From: an uncultured delta proteobacterium
GTDB lineage: Bacteria > Myxococcota_A > Polyangia > Polyangiales > Houyiibacteriaceae
Reading direction: 5' to 3'
Assembly (NCBI GenBank): GCA_963699755.1
Contig: CAVOVB010000002.1
Span: 192,001-256,000, forward strand
DNA length: 64,000 nucleotides
Part shown: in pieces, positions 50,127-59,471 of the stretch
Layout: every line of letters begins with the position of its first letter
Numbering within the stretch: the first letter of the stretch is position 1
Translations under genes and position numbers: made by a program
Notes under the pieces: generated by a model
The model's database searches: none
What the model was told of the DNA's origin: nothing
What the model saw: the letters and a program-made list of their open reading frames with translations, nothing else

Positions 50127-51155
50127 TTACTCCGCAGCTCCGGCCTTCTTCATGTCGAGAGCAACGTCCTCGATCATGTCTTCTTGGCCACCAACCGTCT
50201 TCATTCGGCCGAGCTCGACCAGGATGTCGGTCGACTTGAGTCCGTACTTCTCGGCTGCGCGCTTCGCGTGAAGCAAGAAGGACGAGTACACGCCTGCATA
50301 GCCAAGTGTCAGTGAATCGCGATCTGCGCGGACCTTGTGTGTCATCAGCGGGTAGACGATCTCTTCGGCCACATCCATGAGCTTCCACATGTCGACGCCA
50401 GTTTCGACTCCCATGCGGTGAAGTACGGCCACGAACACTTCGAGCGGCGTGTTGCCTGCACCAGCGCCCATGCCGGCGACGGAGCCGTCGATGCGCGCCG
50501 CGCCGGCCTCGATGGCCGCGAGCGAGTTGGCAATCCCCATGTGCATGTTGTGATGGCCATGGAATCCGACCTCGACGTCCGGGTCGAGCTTCTCACGAAG
50601 ATGGCCTACTCGCGTGGTCACATCGTCCGGCAGCATGTATCCAGCCGAGTCGGTGACGTAGATGCAATTGGCGCCGTAGCCCTGCATGAGCTCAGCTTGC
50701 TCGAGAAGCTCCTCGGGCCCGATCATGTGCGCCATCATCAGGAAGCCCACGGTGTCCATCTCCATCTCGGCCCCGAGGCCGATGTGCTGCTCCGAAACGT
50801 CAGCCTCGGTGCAATGCGTGGCCACTCGAATCGTTTGAACCCCGCAAGCATGGGCCATTCGCAGCTGATCGACGGTCCCGATGCCCGGGATCAACAAGGC
50901 CGAGATCTTCGCGTTCTTCATCTTGGGCACGACCGCCCGGAGGTACTCCTCGTCGGTCGCAGCGGGAAAGCCGTAGTTCACCGAGGCGCCGCCGAGACCG
51001 TCGCCGTGCGTGACTTCGATGAGCGGCACGCCGGCCGCATCGAGCGCAGTCGCGACCTCGACCATTTGCTCGGGCGTGAGCTGGTGGCGCTGGGGATGCA
51101 TCCCGTCGCGCAGGCTCATGTCGTGGAGCGTGACCTTCTTACCTTCGAGATTCAT
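50127..51155 (-). CDS. hsaF: 4-hydroxy-2-oxovalerate/hexanoate aldolase
   Basis: [43 protein letters not shown] (DmpG/HsaF). Confidence 0.93.
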   Translation of the reverse strand: MNLEGKKVTLHDMSLRDGMHPQRHQLTPEQMVEVATALDAAGVPLIEVTHGDGLGGASVNYGFPAATDEEYLRAVVPKMKNAKISALLIPGIGTVDQLRMAHACGVQTIRVATHCTEADVSEQHIGLGAEMEMDTVGFLMMAHMIGPEELLEQAELMQGYGANCIYVTDSAGYMLPDDVTTRVGHLREKLDPDVEVGFHGHHNMHMGIANSLAAIEAGAARIDGSVAGMGAGAGNTPLEVFVAVLHRMGVETGVDMWKLMDVAEEIVYPLMTHKVRADRDSLTLGYAGVYSSFLLHAKRAAEKYGLKSTDILVELGRMKTVGGQEDMIEDVALDMKKAGAAE

Positions 51156-52048
51156 GCTGCCTCCGCACGCTGGATTTCTTCGGCGATGAGCTCGGCCGTT
51201 CGCAGCCCCGCTGCCGTCATGATGTCGAGATTGCCGGCGTACTTCGGGAGGAAGTCACCGAGCCCTTCGACCTCCATGTAGAACGAAACGCGGTGGCCAT
51301 CGAAGACCGGTCCGTTCTTGAGTGTGTAGCCCGGAACGTACTTCTGTACTTCGGCGATCATTCGCTCTGCCGACTCGATGATCTTTTTTTGCTTCGGAGC
51401 GTCCTTGGTCAAGCAGTGAATCGTGTCTCGCATGATGAGCGGTGGCTCGGCGGGATTGATGATGATGATGGCCTTGCCGCGCTCGGCGCCACCAACGACC
51501 TCCACTCCCTTGGCCGTCGTGCGGGTAAACTCGTCGATGTTCTTGCGTGTACCGGGGCCTGCCGACTTCGACGAGACCGTGGCGATGATCTCGGCGTACT
51601 CGACAGGCTGCACGCGGCTCACTGCGGCTACCATCGGGATGGTGGCCTGACCGCCGCAAGTCACCATGTTCACGTTCTGCTCTCCCCGCCCGACCATCTC
51701 CATCAGATTGACGGGCGGCACGCAGAAGGGGCCGATGGCAGCGGGCGTGAGGTCGACCATCTTGACGCCGTACTTCTTGACCAGCTCATTGTTCGACTCA
51801 TGCACATACGCGCTGGTCGCGTCCCAGGCGATCTGCACCTTGTCCTCGACGATGTGCGGCTCCATGCCCTTGACGCCGTCGGCAGTGGTCTTGAGGCCGA
51901 GCTTCTGCGCCCGTTTGAGCCCTTCTGATTCGGCGTCGATGCCAACCATCCAAATCGGTTCGATGATGTCGCTTCGAAGCGCCTTGTAGAGCAGATCGGT
52001 GCCGATGTTCCCGGACCCGATGATCGCTGCCTTCACTTTCGTCGTCAT
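51152..52048 (-). CDS. hsaG: Acetaldehyde/propanal dehydrogenase (acylating)
   Basis: [38 protein letters not shown] (DmpF/HsaG). Confidence 0.93.
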   Translation of the reverse strand: MTTKVKAAIIGSGNIGTDLLYKALRSDIIEPIWMVGIDAESEGLKRAQKLGLKTTADGVKGMEPHIVEDKVQIAWDATSAYVHESNNELVKKYGVKMVDLTPAAIGPFCVPPVNLMEMVGRGEQNVNMVTCGGQATIPMVAAVSRVQPVEYAEIIATVSSKSAGPGTRKNIDEFTRTTAKGVEVVGGAERGKAIIIINPAEPPLIMRDTIHCLTKDAPKQKKIIESAERMIAEVQKYVPGYTLKNGPVFDGHRVSFYMEVEGLGDFLPKYAGNLDIMTAAGLRTAELIAEEIQRAEAA

Positions 52049-52062
52049 CTCTCGCTATTCTC

Positions 52063-52863
52063 CTATGTGAACCGCACCGAGGCCGTACCGATCCCATCGA
52101 CCTCGAGGCGCATTTCGTCTCCCGCCACCACCGGTTCGAGGGGCACCAGCGAGCCAGAGAGCACAACATCACCTGCGTTCAAGCTGATGCCGAATTCCGA
52201 CAGGGTGTTTGCGAGCCAGCTCACGCAATTGAGCGGCGAGTCAAGTGCCGCGGAGCCCAATCCCTCGCTGAGAAGCTTGCCGTTCTTGTAGACGCGCATC
52301 TTCAGGCGCGGAAAATCGAGCCCCTTCGGGTCGGCGTGCTCGTCGCCGAGGACGAAGAGGCCACAGCTCGCGTTGTCCGCTACGGTGTCCTGAATCTTGA
52401 CCTTCCAGTCATGGAGGCGGCTGTCGACGACCTCGAAACAGGCCATCACGTACTCGGTCGCGTCCAGGACATCCTCGTTGGTCACGCCAGGCCCCTTCAG
52501 GCCCTTTTTGAGCTTGAATGCGATCTCGCCTTCCGCGCGCGGTTGAATCAACTGCTCGCTGATCGGCATCGGTCCGCCGTTCGGATACATCATTTTGTCC
52601 GTGAGATAACCGAAGTCTGGCTGAAAAACACCGAGCATTTCCTGCACGGCTCGACTGGTGACCCCGATCTTCTTGCCGATGATTTTCTCGCCGTCTTCCT
52701 CGATGCGGCGGTTCACCATGCGCAGGGAAACGTGATACGCATCCTCGATTCGGATTTCCGGCCAGCGTTCGGTGAGTGGACTCAGCGTCCGACGTGCGCG
52801 CAAGGCTGCATAGAGTTCGTCTCCGAGCTCTTCAATCTTTTGCCGTCGCGCCGCATCCTCCAT
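52063..52863 (-). CDS. hsaE: 2-hydroxy-penta/hexa-2,4-dienoate hydratase
   Basis: GKKIGVTS, QPDFG, EGEIAF, DTVADNAS (MhpD/HsaE). Confidence 0.9.
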   Translation of the reverse strand: MEDAARRQKIEELGDELYAALRARRTLSPLTERWPEIRIEDAYHVSLRMVNRRIEEDGEKIIGKKIGVTSRAVQEMLGVFQPDFGYLTDKMMYPNGGPMPISEQLIQPRAEGEIAFKLKKGLKGPGVTNEDVLDATEYVMACFEVVDSRLHDWKVKIQDTVADNASCGLFVLGDEHADPKGLDFPRLKMRVYKNGKLLSEGLGSAALDSPLNCVSWLANTLSEFGISLNAGDVVLSGSLVPLEPVVAGDEMRLEVDGIGTASVRFT

Positions 52864-52868
52864 ACCTG

Positions 52869-54059
52869 CTAGATGAAGAAATCCGAGTTGCTCTGGCCGA
52901 AGAGAACGCCACCCATGTTGGCAGCGGGCCCCTCGGGCCCGTTGGCGTGATGCAAACGGATTGCATGAATATCTTGGAAGTGACGGTTGACCGGATGGTC
53001 TTCGAAGGCAGCGCGGGCACCGCAGGCCACGAAGAGCTGTTCGACAACCTCCGTCGATACTCGCACCGCGCGCGCGGAGTCGTTTCGGAAGTGAACGCGT
53101 CGCTCGAGTGGGATCTTCTCGCCCTTCTCGAGATATCCAAACATCTCCTGAAAGTTTCGTCGCAAGGTCAAGACCTCACGGTCCAGGGCCGCCGCGGCTT
53201 CAGCCGCGATCATGCTGTTGGTGTACGAATCCTTGGCCTTGCCACCAGTTGCCTGAGAGACTTTCGTCTTCATGAAATCGATGTAGGAGTCCAATGCACC
53301 GAAGGCAGCGCCGACCGAAGGCGTGGACACCGATCGTACGTGAATCTGACCAAACGGGTACTTGTAGACCGGGGAGGGATTGATCTCGTTACCCGGGCTC
53401 TGCTGCCTGAACCCATCCGAGAATTTGTGCATGCGATGATCGGGAATGAACGCACCATCGACGACGACGTCCTTGCTGCCCGAGCCGCGCAAGCCTGACA
53501 CGTACCAGTTGTCGATGATCTCGTAGTCAGAACGCGGCACCAGGAAGGTTCGCATGTCGGGCGGCTTGCCCTCTTCCGTCGGCACAAAGCCGCCTAGGAA
53601 CGCCCACTCGCAAAAATCGCATCCGCTAGAAAAGGACCAGCGACCACTCAGTTTCACGCCGCCGTCGACCCACTCCGTCTTGGCAACCGGCATGTAGGAT
53701 GATGAGATCAACGTCTTGGGGTTCTCACGCCACACCTCGTCCTGAGCTTCCTCCGAAAACAGCGCGAGCTGCCAGGAGTGTACGTTGAGAACTCCATAGA
53801 CCCATGCGCTCGACGCACAGCCTCGCCCCAGCTCGAGCTGCAGGTCGAAGATGATCGATGGGTCCATCTCGTACCCGCCATAGCGCTTGGGTTGGACGGC
53901 TTTGAAGAACCCGAGCCGATGGAAGTCTTCGATCGTCTCATCCGGAAGGCGCCGCAGCTCGGCGGCTTTCTTGGACCGCTCCTGCAGCGTCGGAGCTAGA
54001 TCTCGGGCGCGCTGAATCAGCTCGTCGCGCGTGGGGATAGGGTTATGATCTCCGTCCAT
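52869..54059 (-). CDS. hsaA: Flavin-dependent monooxygenase oxygenase subunit (3-HSA hydroxylase-like)
   Basis: QPKRYGG, VHSWQLALF, ISSSYMP, WSFSSGCD, GLRGSGS. Start at ATG 54059 (GGAGA SD); upstream alternatives exist. Confidence 0.82.
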   Translation of the reverse strand: MDGDHNPIPTRDELIQRARDLAPTLQERSKKAAELRRLPDETIEDFHRLGFFKAVQPKRYGGYEMDPSIIFDLQLELGRGCASSAWVYGVLNVHSWQLALFSEEAQDEVWRENPKTLISSSYMPVAKTEWVDGGVKLSGRWSFSSGCDFCEWAFLGGFVPTEEGKPPDMRTFLVPRSDYEIIDNWYVSGLRGSGSKDVVVDGAFIPDHRMHKFSDGFRQQSPGNEINPSPVYKYPFGQIHVRSVSTPSVGAAFGALDSYIDFMKTKVSQATGGKAKDSYTNSMIAAEAAAALDREVLTLRRNFQEMFGYLEKGEKIPLERRVHFRNDSARAVRVSTEVVEQLFVACGARAAFEDHPVNRHFQDIHAIRLHHANGPEGPAANMGGVLFGQSNSDFFI

Positions 54060-54151
54060 GATGCTTTCTCCAGGGGCCATCGGCTCGTGCCGCGGGCGTT
54101 TGATCGTGCTCACATTCAACGCTTTACAGATGGTCCGCCTCAGTCCATAAA

Positions 54152-54167
54152 CTAGAACGTGTTCTAG
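54152..54167. promoter_or_regulatory. KstR-type operator CTAGAACGTGTTCTAG
   Basis: 7-bp perfect inverted repeat with 2-nt spacer, between divergent hsaA and the amidohydrolase. Confidence 0.85.
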
Positions 54168-54244
54168 CCTACGGGCCAGGACATGTCCAGCGGGCCACTC
54201 TTGATCATAGGGCCCCGCTGAGGACCTCGAAAGGAAGCGATTTC

Positions 54245-55117
54245 ATGCCGATGCCAACGGGCCTCAGAGCCATCGACCTGATGATGAACATCCCCGACGG
54301 CGATCCTACAGCCTGGTACGAGTTCATCAAGCCGCTGCTGCTCGATGAGGAGAGCCAAGAGGTCTTCAAGATGCCGGCCCAGTACATGTTCAAGGACATC
54401 CCGGAGATCGGCGATCAGAAGGACTATGTCCACTACGCGATCGGCGAGATGGACAAATGGGGCATTCAGCGCGCGATGCTCGGGATTTCGGGACCCAACT
54501 CGACCAACCTCGAAGCCTGCCAAAACTACCCCGACCGCTTCTTTCCCTCCTATGGCGCCAACCCCAACAACGGCATGGCCGAGGTTCGGAAGATTCGGCA
54601 GCTCCACAGAGACCACGGTCTCAAGGCGGTGACCGGCTTCCCCTCGGGCCTCTGCCCGCAGGTTCCGCTGAACGACAAGAAGTACTATCCGATCTATGCG
54701 ACCTGCGTTGACCTGGACATCCCGATTTGCCTCTGCGTGGGGGTCCCAGGCCCGCGCATCCCGATGGCGCCGCAGAAGGTCGAGCACATCGATGAGGTGT
54801 GCTGGTTTTTTCCGGAGCTCAAGCTCGTCATGCGCCACGGAGGTGAGCCCTGGGTCGACCTCGCGGTCAAGCTGATGCTCAAGTACCCAAACCTCTACTA
54901 CAGCACGAGCGCCTTCGCACCGAAGCACTACCCGAAGTCGATCATCCACTACGCGAACACGCGCGGCGCCGACAAGATCATGTACGCCGGCTACTTCCCG
55001 ATGGGCCTCTCGCTCGAGCGTATCTTCACCGAGATGCGAGACGTCCCCTTCAAAGACAGGGTTTGGCCGAAGTTTCTCCGGGAGAACGCGATTCGCGTGT
55101 TCAAGCTCGAGGACTAG
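54245..55117 (+). CDS. Amidohydrolase_2 family protein
   Basis: YYPIYATCVDLDIP, VMRHGGEPW, STSAFAPKHYP, ENAIRVF. Confidence 0.85.
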   Translation: MPMPTGLRAIDLMMNIPDGDPTAWYEFIKPLLLDEESQEVFKMPAQYMFKDIPEIGDQKDYVHYAIGEMDKWGIQRAMLGISGPNSTNLEACQNYPDRFFPSYGANPNNGMAEVRKIRQLHRDHGLKAVTGFPSGLCPQVPLNDKKYYPIYATCVDLDIPICLCVGVPGPRIPMAPQKVEHIDEVCWFFPELKLVMRHGGEPWVDLAVKLMLKYPNLYYSTSAFAPKHYPKSIIHYANTRGADKIMYAGYFPMGLSLERIFTEMRDVPFKDRVWPKFLRENAIRVFKLED

Positions 55118-55122
55118 CTACC

Positions 55123-55710
55123 TCAAATGACGAAGGTGATGCCAAGCGGGAACACGAACTGAACGCCGTAGCGACCTTGGCCCGAGGTCTCGCTGTAGAA
55201 TCGAACCGTCGGAATGCCGAAATCGACCCAGAGCTTCTTGCTCATCTTATAGTTGAACGTGAGCGCGTCGAGCTGCACACCGATCAGGAACCTGTAGGCG
55301 TAGCCGCCTCCCACCCCGATGCCGACACGCCATAGCCAGCTCCAGTCCTTTCGGTGGCGGATGGGCACGAGGGTCCCGTAGGACGCGAAGAACGTCGCTG
55401 TTCCGCGGAGGCGCCAATCGATCCGGTTTGTCGTCGGCGCTGCCTCGAAGCCGAGCAGGTGCCGATGATCATCCCCGAGCAGAAGCCCACCCCGTACTGC
55501 AAAGAGCAGACTCGTCTCGTAGTAGGCCCTGCGCCCCGAGTCGGACTCTCCGTTCACGCCAAAGCCAGCGCCTAGCAGCCCGCCCACGAACCCCAGAGGC
55601 TTGCTTGGCGACGCGGCTTCGTCCGACTGCGCCCACGCCTTGCCTGCGCAACAGAACAAGCTGAGAGCAAGCAACACAGCATGAGCCATCTTCATCCTCC
55701 ACCTGGCCAT
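55123..55710 (-). CDS. Exported hypothetical protein, possible beta-barrel
   Basis: Signal peptide ending AWA|Q, amphipathic beta-strands, terminal PLGITFVI. Confidence 0.55.
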   Translation of the reverse strand: MARWRMKMAHAVLLALSLFCCAGKAWAQSDEAASPSKPLGFVGGLLGAGFGVNGESDSGRRAYYETSLLFAVRGGLLLGDDHRHLLGFEAAPTTNRIDWRLRGTATFFASYGTLVPIRHRKDWSWLWRVGIGVGGGYAYRFLIGVQLDALTFNYKMSKKLWVDFGIPTVRFYSETSGQGRYGVQFVFPLGITFVI

Positions 55711-55744
55711 GCCGGAAAGCATAGTGGAAAAAGGCTGTGCCTTC

Positions 55745-57871
55745 TTACTTCCTCAGGAGGAAGGCTTGGAACGGATAGCGGGTGAAGTCTTCGGGGACGA
55801 GCTGCTTCGTGGCGTCTTCGACCCGGAAGCGCTGGTAGATGGATTCATCGAGCTCGAAGCCTCGGGCGTGAGTCGTGAAGAGCAGCTCTCCCTTCTTGTC
55901 CATGGAGGTCATCGCATTGTCGATTAGGCCCCGATGGTCTTTGTGAATGTTGAAGTCGCCCTTGCTCATCTTGGAGCGTGAGAACGTGGGCGGGTTGATG
56001 AAGATCCAGTCGTAGCTGTTCCGGTCCCTCGCGATCCAACGGGTGGCGTCGTCGCGGATGAATCGATGTTTCGCGGGGTCCAGGCCGTTGGCTTCGAAGT
56101 TCTTCTTGCCCCAGTCCAGATAGGTGTTCGACAGATCGACGCTACTGGTCTGCTTGGCTCCGCCGACTGCTGCCGCCACGCTTACCGAGCAGGTGTACGC
56201 GAAGAGGTTGAGCATCCGCTTACCCTTGCAGTGCTCTTGCGCGTATGCCCGGACCGCCCGATGATCCAAAAATAGGCCGGTGTCGATTCGGTCTTCCACG
56301 TTGACCACGAAGCGAAGGTTGCCTTCGCTCACGATCATGTCGCTTTCCTGCTGGGAGATGCGGGCGTACTGATCGCCCTCCTCGTGCTTGCGACGGACCT
56401 TCACCACCAGGTCGCCGGGATCGATTCCAAGAGCCTCGGGAAGTGTCAGCAAGACGTCCTGAATCCGCTGCTTCGCACGGTCGTCGTCGGCGTCCCGTTC
56501 TTTTTGGAAGATGTGAACCACTGCTTTCGGTCCATAGCGATCGACTGCGACGTGATACTCGGGGATGTCGGCGTCGTAGATCCTATAGCATTCGATGCCG
56601 TTGCGCTTCGCCCATCGCCCCCATTTCTTCTTGTTCTTCTTGATCCGATTGACGAACATCGAGGCCTTCTCGCTCGGTTTTCGCCAGGCCGGAGCCCGGT
56701 CGGGATCGGCGCCGGTCACCCCGCGTATTGGAATCTCGACCAGACGGCATTCGATCGCGCCGTTATACAGAACGTGCCGACGAACTGGTCGAAGGCCGAG
56801 GTGCTTCAGATTGCCTCCGTGGGCGGCAAACACGAAGGCCGTCCAACCGTCGAAGGATCGCTTCAGCGTGTCGCCCAGCGACTGATAGAAGAGAAACAAT
56901 GTGCCCTCGTCCCCTAGTCGATGGCCGTACGGAGGATTGGATACGAGGATGCCGACGTCGGCCGGCTTTTCGATCGTGGAAAGCTCCTGGACTGCGAGCG
57001 ACACATGCTGCTCGACACCAGCGGCTTGCAGGTTCTCTCGAACCAGCGACAGGGCCTTCTCCGATGCGTCGCAGCCGTAGATCCTCGCCGGGCATTCAGC
57101 CCTCCGGGCCGCCAACGCCTCCTCCCGCTCAGCGGCAAAGGCAGCCGCATCGTGCCTGAGCCAGCTCTCGAAGCCGAAGCGCTCGCGTAAGAGACCCGGC
57201 GCACAATTCGTCGCCATCAGTGCGCCCTCGACCAAGAACGTGCCGGAACCACAAGTCGGATCCATCAGGGCCAAACCCCGTCGCGCGGCCTGGGGCCAGT
57301 TCGCAAGATATAGAATCGCGGCCGCCAGGTTTTCCTTGAGTGGTGCCCTGCCACCCGATTGCCGATAGCCGCGACGGTGCAAACCCTCTCCCGAAAAATC
57401 GAGCGACAGCTCGTGCTGAGCTTCCCCGATGTGCAGGTGTAGACGGATCGCAGGATCTCTCTTGTCGATGCTGGGGCGCGTGCCGGCGTGGTCACGAAAG
57501 CCGTCGACGATGGCATCCTTCGCGCGCTGCACCCAGTAGTGGGCGGGGCGCGAGCTCTTGAAGGCCTGAGAGCTTCCGATGGCAAATGTCTTCGAGCCAT
57601 CGAAGTGCTCCCACCAGGCGAGTCCACGGAGCGAGTCGTATAGCGCCGTGTCGTCCTCTGCATCCACCTGGACCAAGGGCAGCAGAACGCGCGAAGCGAC
57701 ACGAGACCAGAGGCAGAGCCGATAGCCTTCCCGAAGGGTGCCCCAGGCGTGCACCGCAGTCGGACGCAAATCGGCAACCTCCACATCCAGGTCGCGCACT
57801 TCCTGGGCCAGGACCTCCTCGCAACCCTTCGGGCAAGGAAGCACCCACCGATACCGCTGCGAAGTCTCGAT
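55745..57871 (-). CDS. rlmKL: Bifunctional 23S rRNA m2G2445/m7G2069 methyltransferase
   Basis: THUMP region, LHRRGYR, APLKENLAA, DPTCGSGT, SNPPYG, YRIYDADIPEY, DTGLFLDHR. Start uncertain (57844-57871). Confidence 0.93.
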   Translation of the reverse strand: METSQRYRWVLPCPKGCEEVLAQEVRDLDVEVADLRPTAVHAWGTLREGYRLCLWSRVASRVLLPLVQVDAEDDTALYDSLRGLAWWEHFDGSKTFAIGSSQAFKSSRPAHYWVQRAKDAIVDGFRDHAGTRPSIDKRDPAIRLHLHIGEAQHELSLDFSGEGLHRRGYRQSGGRAPLKENLAAAILYLANWPQAARRGLALMDPTCGSGTFLVEGALMATNCAPGLLRERFGFESWLRHDAAAFAAEREEALAARRAECPARIYGCDASEKALSLVRENLQAAGVEQHVSLAVQELSTIEKPADVGILVSNPPYGHRLGDEGTLFLFYQSLGDTLKRSFDGWTAFVFAAHGGNLKHLGLRPVRRHVLYNGAIECRLVEIPIRGVTGADPDRAPAWRKPSEKASMFVNRIKKNKKKWGRWAKRNGIECYRIYDADIPEYHVAVDRYGPKAVVHIFQKERDADDDRAKQRIQDVLLTLPEALGIDPGDLVVKVRRKHEEGDQYARISQQESDMIVSEGNLRFVVNVEDRIDTGLFLDHRAVRAYAQEHCKGKRMLNLFAYTCSVSVAAAVGGAKQTSSVDLSNTYLDWGKKNFEANGLDPAKHRFIRDDATRWIARDRNSYDWIFINPPTFSRSKMSKGDFNIHKDHRGLIDNAMTSMDKKGELLFTTHARGFELDESIYQRFRVEDATKQLVPEDFTRYPFQAFLLRK

Positions 57872-57881
57872 AGGCCCTCGC

Positions 57882-58460
57882 CTACTCCGCCAAGAGGAGC
57901 TCGGCCGTCCTGTCGATGTCCTCGAGGAGCTGGGGCGCTTCGTGCAGGCCACCGGCCCAGCCCACGAAGGATGCAAACCAAACGTTCTGCAGAATTGACG
58001 CGATGGTACGCTCGCGGGCGTCGACGTCTCCACCCCATTCTCCTTGTTGAGACGCAGCCTGGCCGCGAATGGCGGCCATGACCATTGCAGTAATGAGGGC
58101 GTGGAAGCTGGCGACGCGCTCGGTGATGTTCGGATCACCGGAGGCCAGGGAGCGAACGAGGGCCTTCGCCAGATTTGGGCGGCGAAGAAGCCCCCTGGTG
58201 AGCGCCGAGAAAACGAAATGCACTCGCTCTCTAGGGCCGTCGCCCGGGACCGGCTGCTTGCCGATCTTGGCCACCAGCTTTTCGCTCTCTTGCTCGAGCG
58301 CGGCGATTAGGATTTCTTCTTTGCTGGAAAAGCGCTTGTACACCGTGCCGAGGGCAACTTGCGCGCTAGCCGCGACGTCGCGCAGCCGAACCGCCTGGTA
58401 GCCATCGCGCTCTGCAAGTGCGACTGCGGTTTCGACGATGCGCTTGGCTCGATCGTCCAT
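57882..58460 (-). CDS. kstR: KstR-like TetR-family repressor
   Basis: RIVETAVALAERDGYQAVRLRDVAASAQVALGTVYKRFSSK, P-x-L-x-x-A-L-V-R, and IASILQNVWF resemble mycobacterial KstR over the full length. Steroid gene context. Confidence 0.75.
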   Translation of the reverse strand: MDDRAKRIVETAVALAERDGYQAVRLRDVAASAQVALGTVYKRFSSKEEILIAALEQESEKLVAKIGKQPVPGDGPRERVHFVFSALTRGLLRRPNLAKALVRSLASGDPNITERVASFHALITAMVMAAIRGQAASQQGEWGGDVDARERTIASILQNVWFASFVGWAGGLHEAPQLLEDIDRTAELLLAE

Positions 58461-58462
58461 CG

Positions 58463-59434
58463 CTAGTACCCGACCTCTGCCTGCGGCATGTAGAATTTCT
58501 GATACCAGCGCCGCAGGGCTCCCACGTCGCCATCACCATCGCAGAGAATCGGCCGCGTTCGGTACTTCTTATTCTCCCAGATCGCGATATCTTCCTTGAA
58601 CCCGACGATGATGTTCTCGCGGTAGCCTTCCTGAAACTGCTCCTTGCCCTCTTTGACGTTCGAGATGTCGATCATCGCGCCAATTCGCACGTGAACGCGG
58701 TTCTTGTCGACCGGAGTGTGGCACAAGAGCATGATGTTCGGCAGAACGCTCTGCATCTTGGTGAGCATGTAGCCAGGGCCGTAGTACGTGGACTGGAGCT
58801 CGAAGTGGTCTTCACCTCCGCCCCGCGGATAGGCCACGCCCTTCACTTTTTGAATGCCGATGTGCTCCTTGAACTCGTTGCCGAACTCGTTGGCCCAGGT
58901 GCCGTGCACTGGGCCGAAGTGCCCTTTGTCCGCGAGGTTCTCGACGATCTCTTTAGGGTGCGTCTTGATGTCGATCAGGGCCGAGCCCCAGTCGGTCCAA
59001 CCTTCGTTGCCGTACTCCGGAATGTCCGGGATCTCCCAGGTGGGCTCTTCGCCTTCGATGTGAGCGTTCCATGTGAAAATCAGACCGTTGTGCTCCTGCA
59101 CGGGGCGGTTCGTCACGCAGGCGCGCGGCGGTATCCGCTTGGCATAGGGCACGTCCACGCACTTGCCGGTTTCATCAAAGCGCCAGGCATGGAAAGGACA
59201 CTGGATCGACTCGCCGATGACCTTGCCGCCATGGCCGAGGTGTGCCCCGAGGTGCGGACAAAACGCGTCGTGCACGATCGCTCTGCCGCTTTGGCCCCGG
59301 TAAAGGACCATCTCCCGACCGAAGTACTTGATCGGGCGGACCTCGCCAAGCGCAAGCTCAGCAGATACACCTACGACGAACCAGCCACGCGGATAGCCAG
59401 GAAAGAGCTCCTCTTCTTCTTGCGCTGCTGACAT
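58463..59434 (-). CDS. kshA: Rieske oxygenase, 3-ketosteroid 9alpha-hydroxylase-like
   Basis: CPHLG...CPFH Rieske ligands, ENLADKGHFGPVH iron site, EDIAIWENK...LRRWYQKFY. Could alternatively be a sterol C7 desaturase-like homolog. Confidence 0.72.
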   Translation of the reverse strand: MSAAQEEEELFPGYPRGWFVVGVSAELALGEVRPIKYFGREMVLYRGQSGRAIVHDAFCPHLGAHLGHGGKVIGESIQCPFHAWRFDETGKCVDVPYAKRIPPRACVTNRPVQEHNGLIFTWNAHIEGEEPTWEIPDIPEYGNEGWTDWGSALIDIKTHPKEIVENLADKGHFGPVHGTWANEFGNEFKEHIGIQKVKGVAYPRGGGEDHFELQSTYYGPGYMLTKMQSVLPNIMLLCHTPVDKNRVHVRIGAMIDISNVKEGKEQFQEGYRENIIVGFKEDIAIWENKKYRTRPILCDGDGDVGALRRWYQKFYMPQAEVGY

Positions 59435-59471
59435 GTGATGCCTCTTGGGTTCAATGCTGGTTGATGCGAGC

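Noticed and set aside
57872..58138. Long N-terminal extension of RlmKL in the ORF track (similarly 59435-59905 for the Rieske protein)
   Set aside because: Overlaps the upstream genes in another frame and has low-complexity Ser/Arg/Pro composition.
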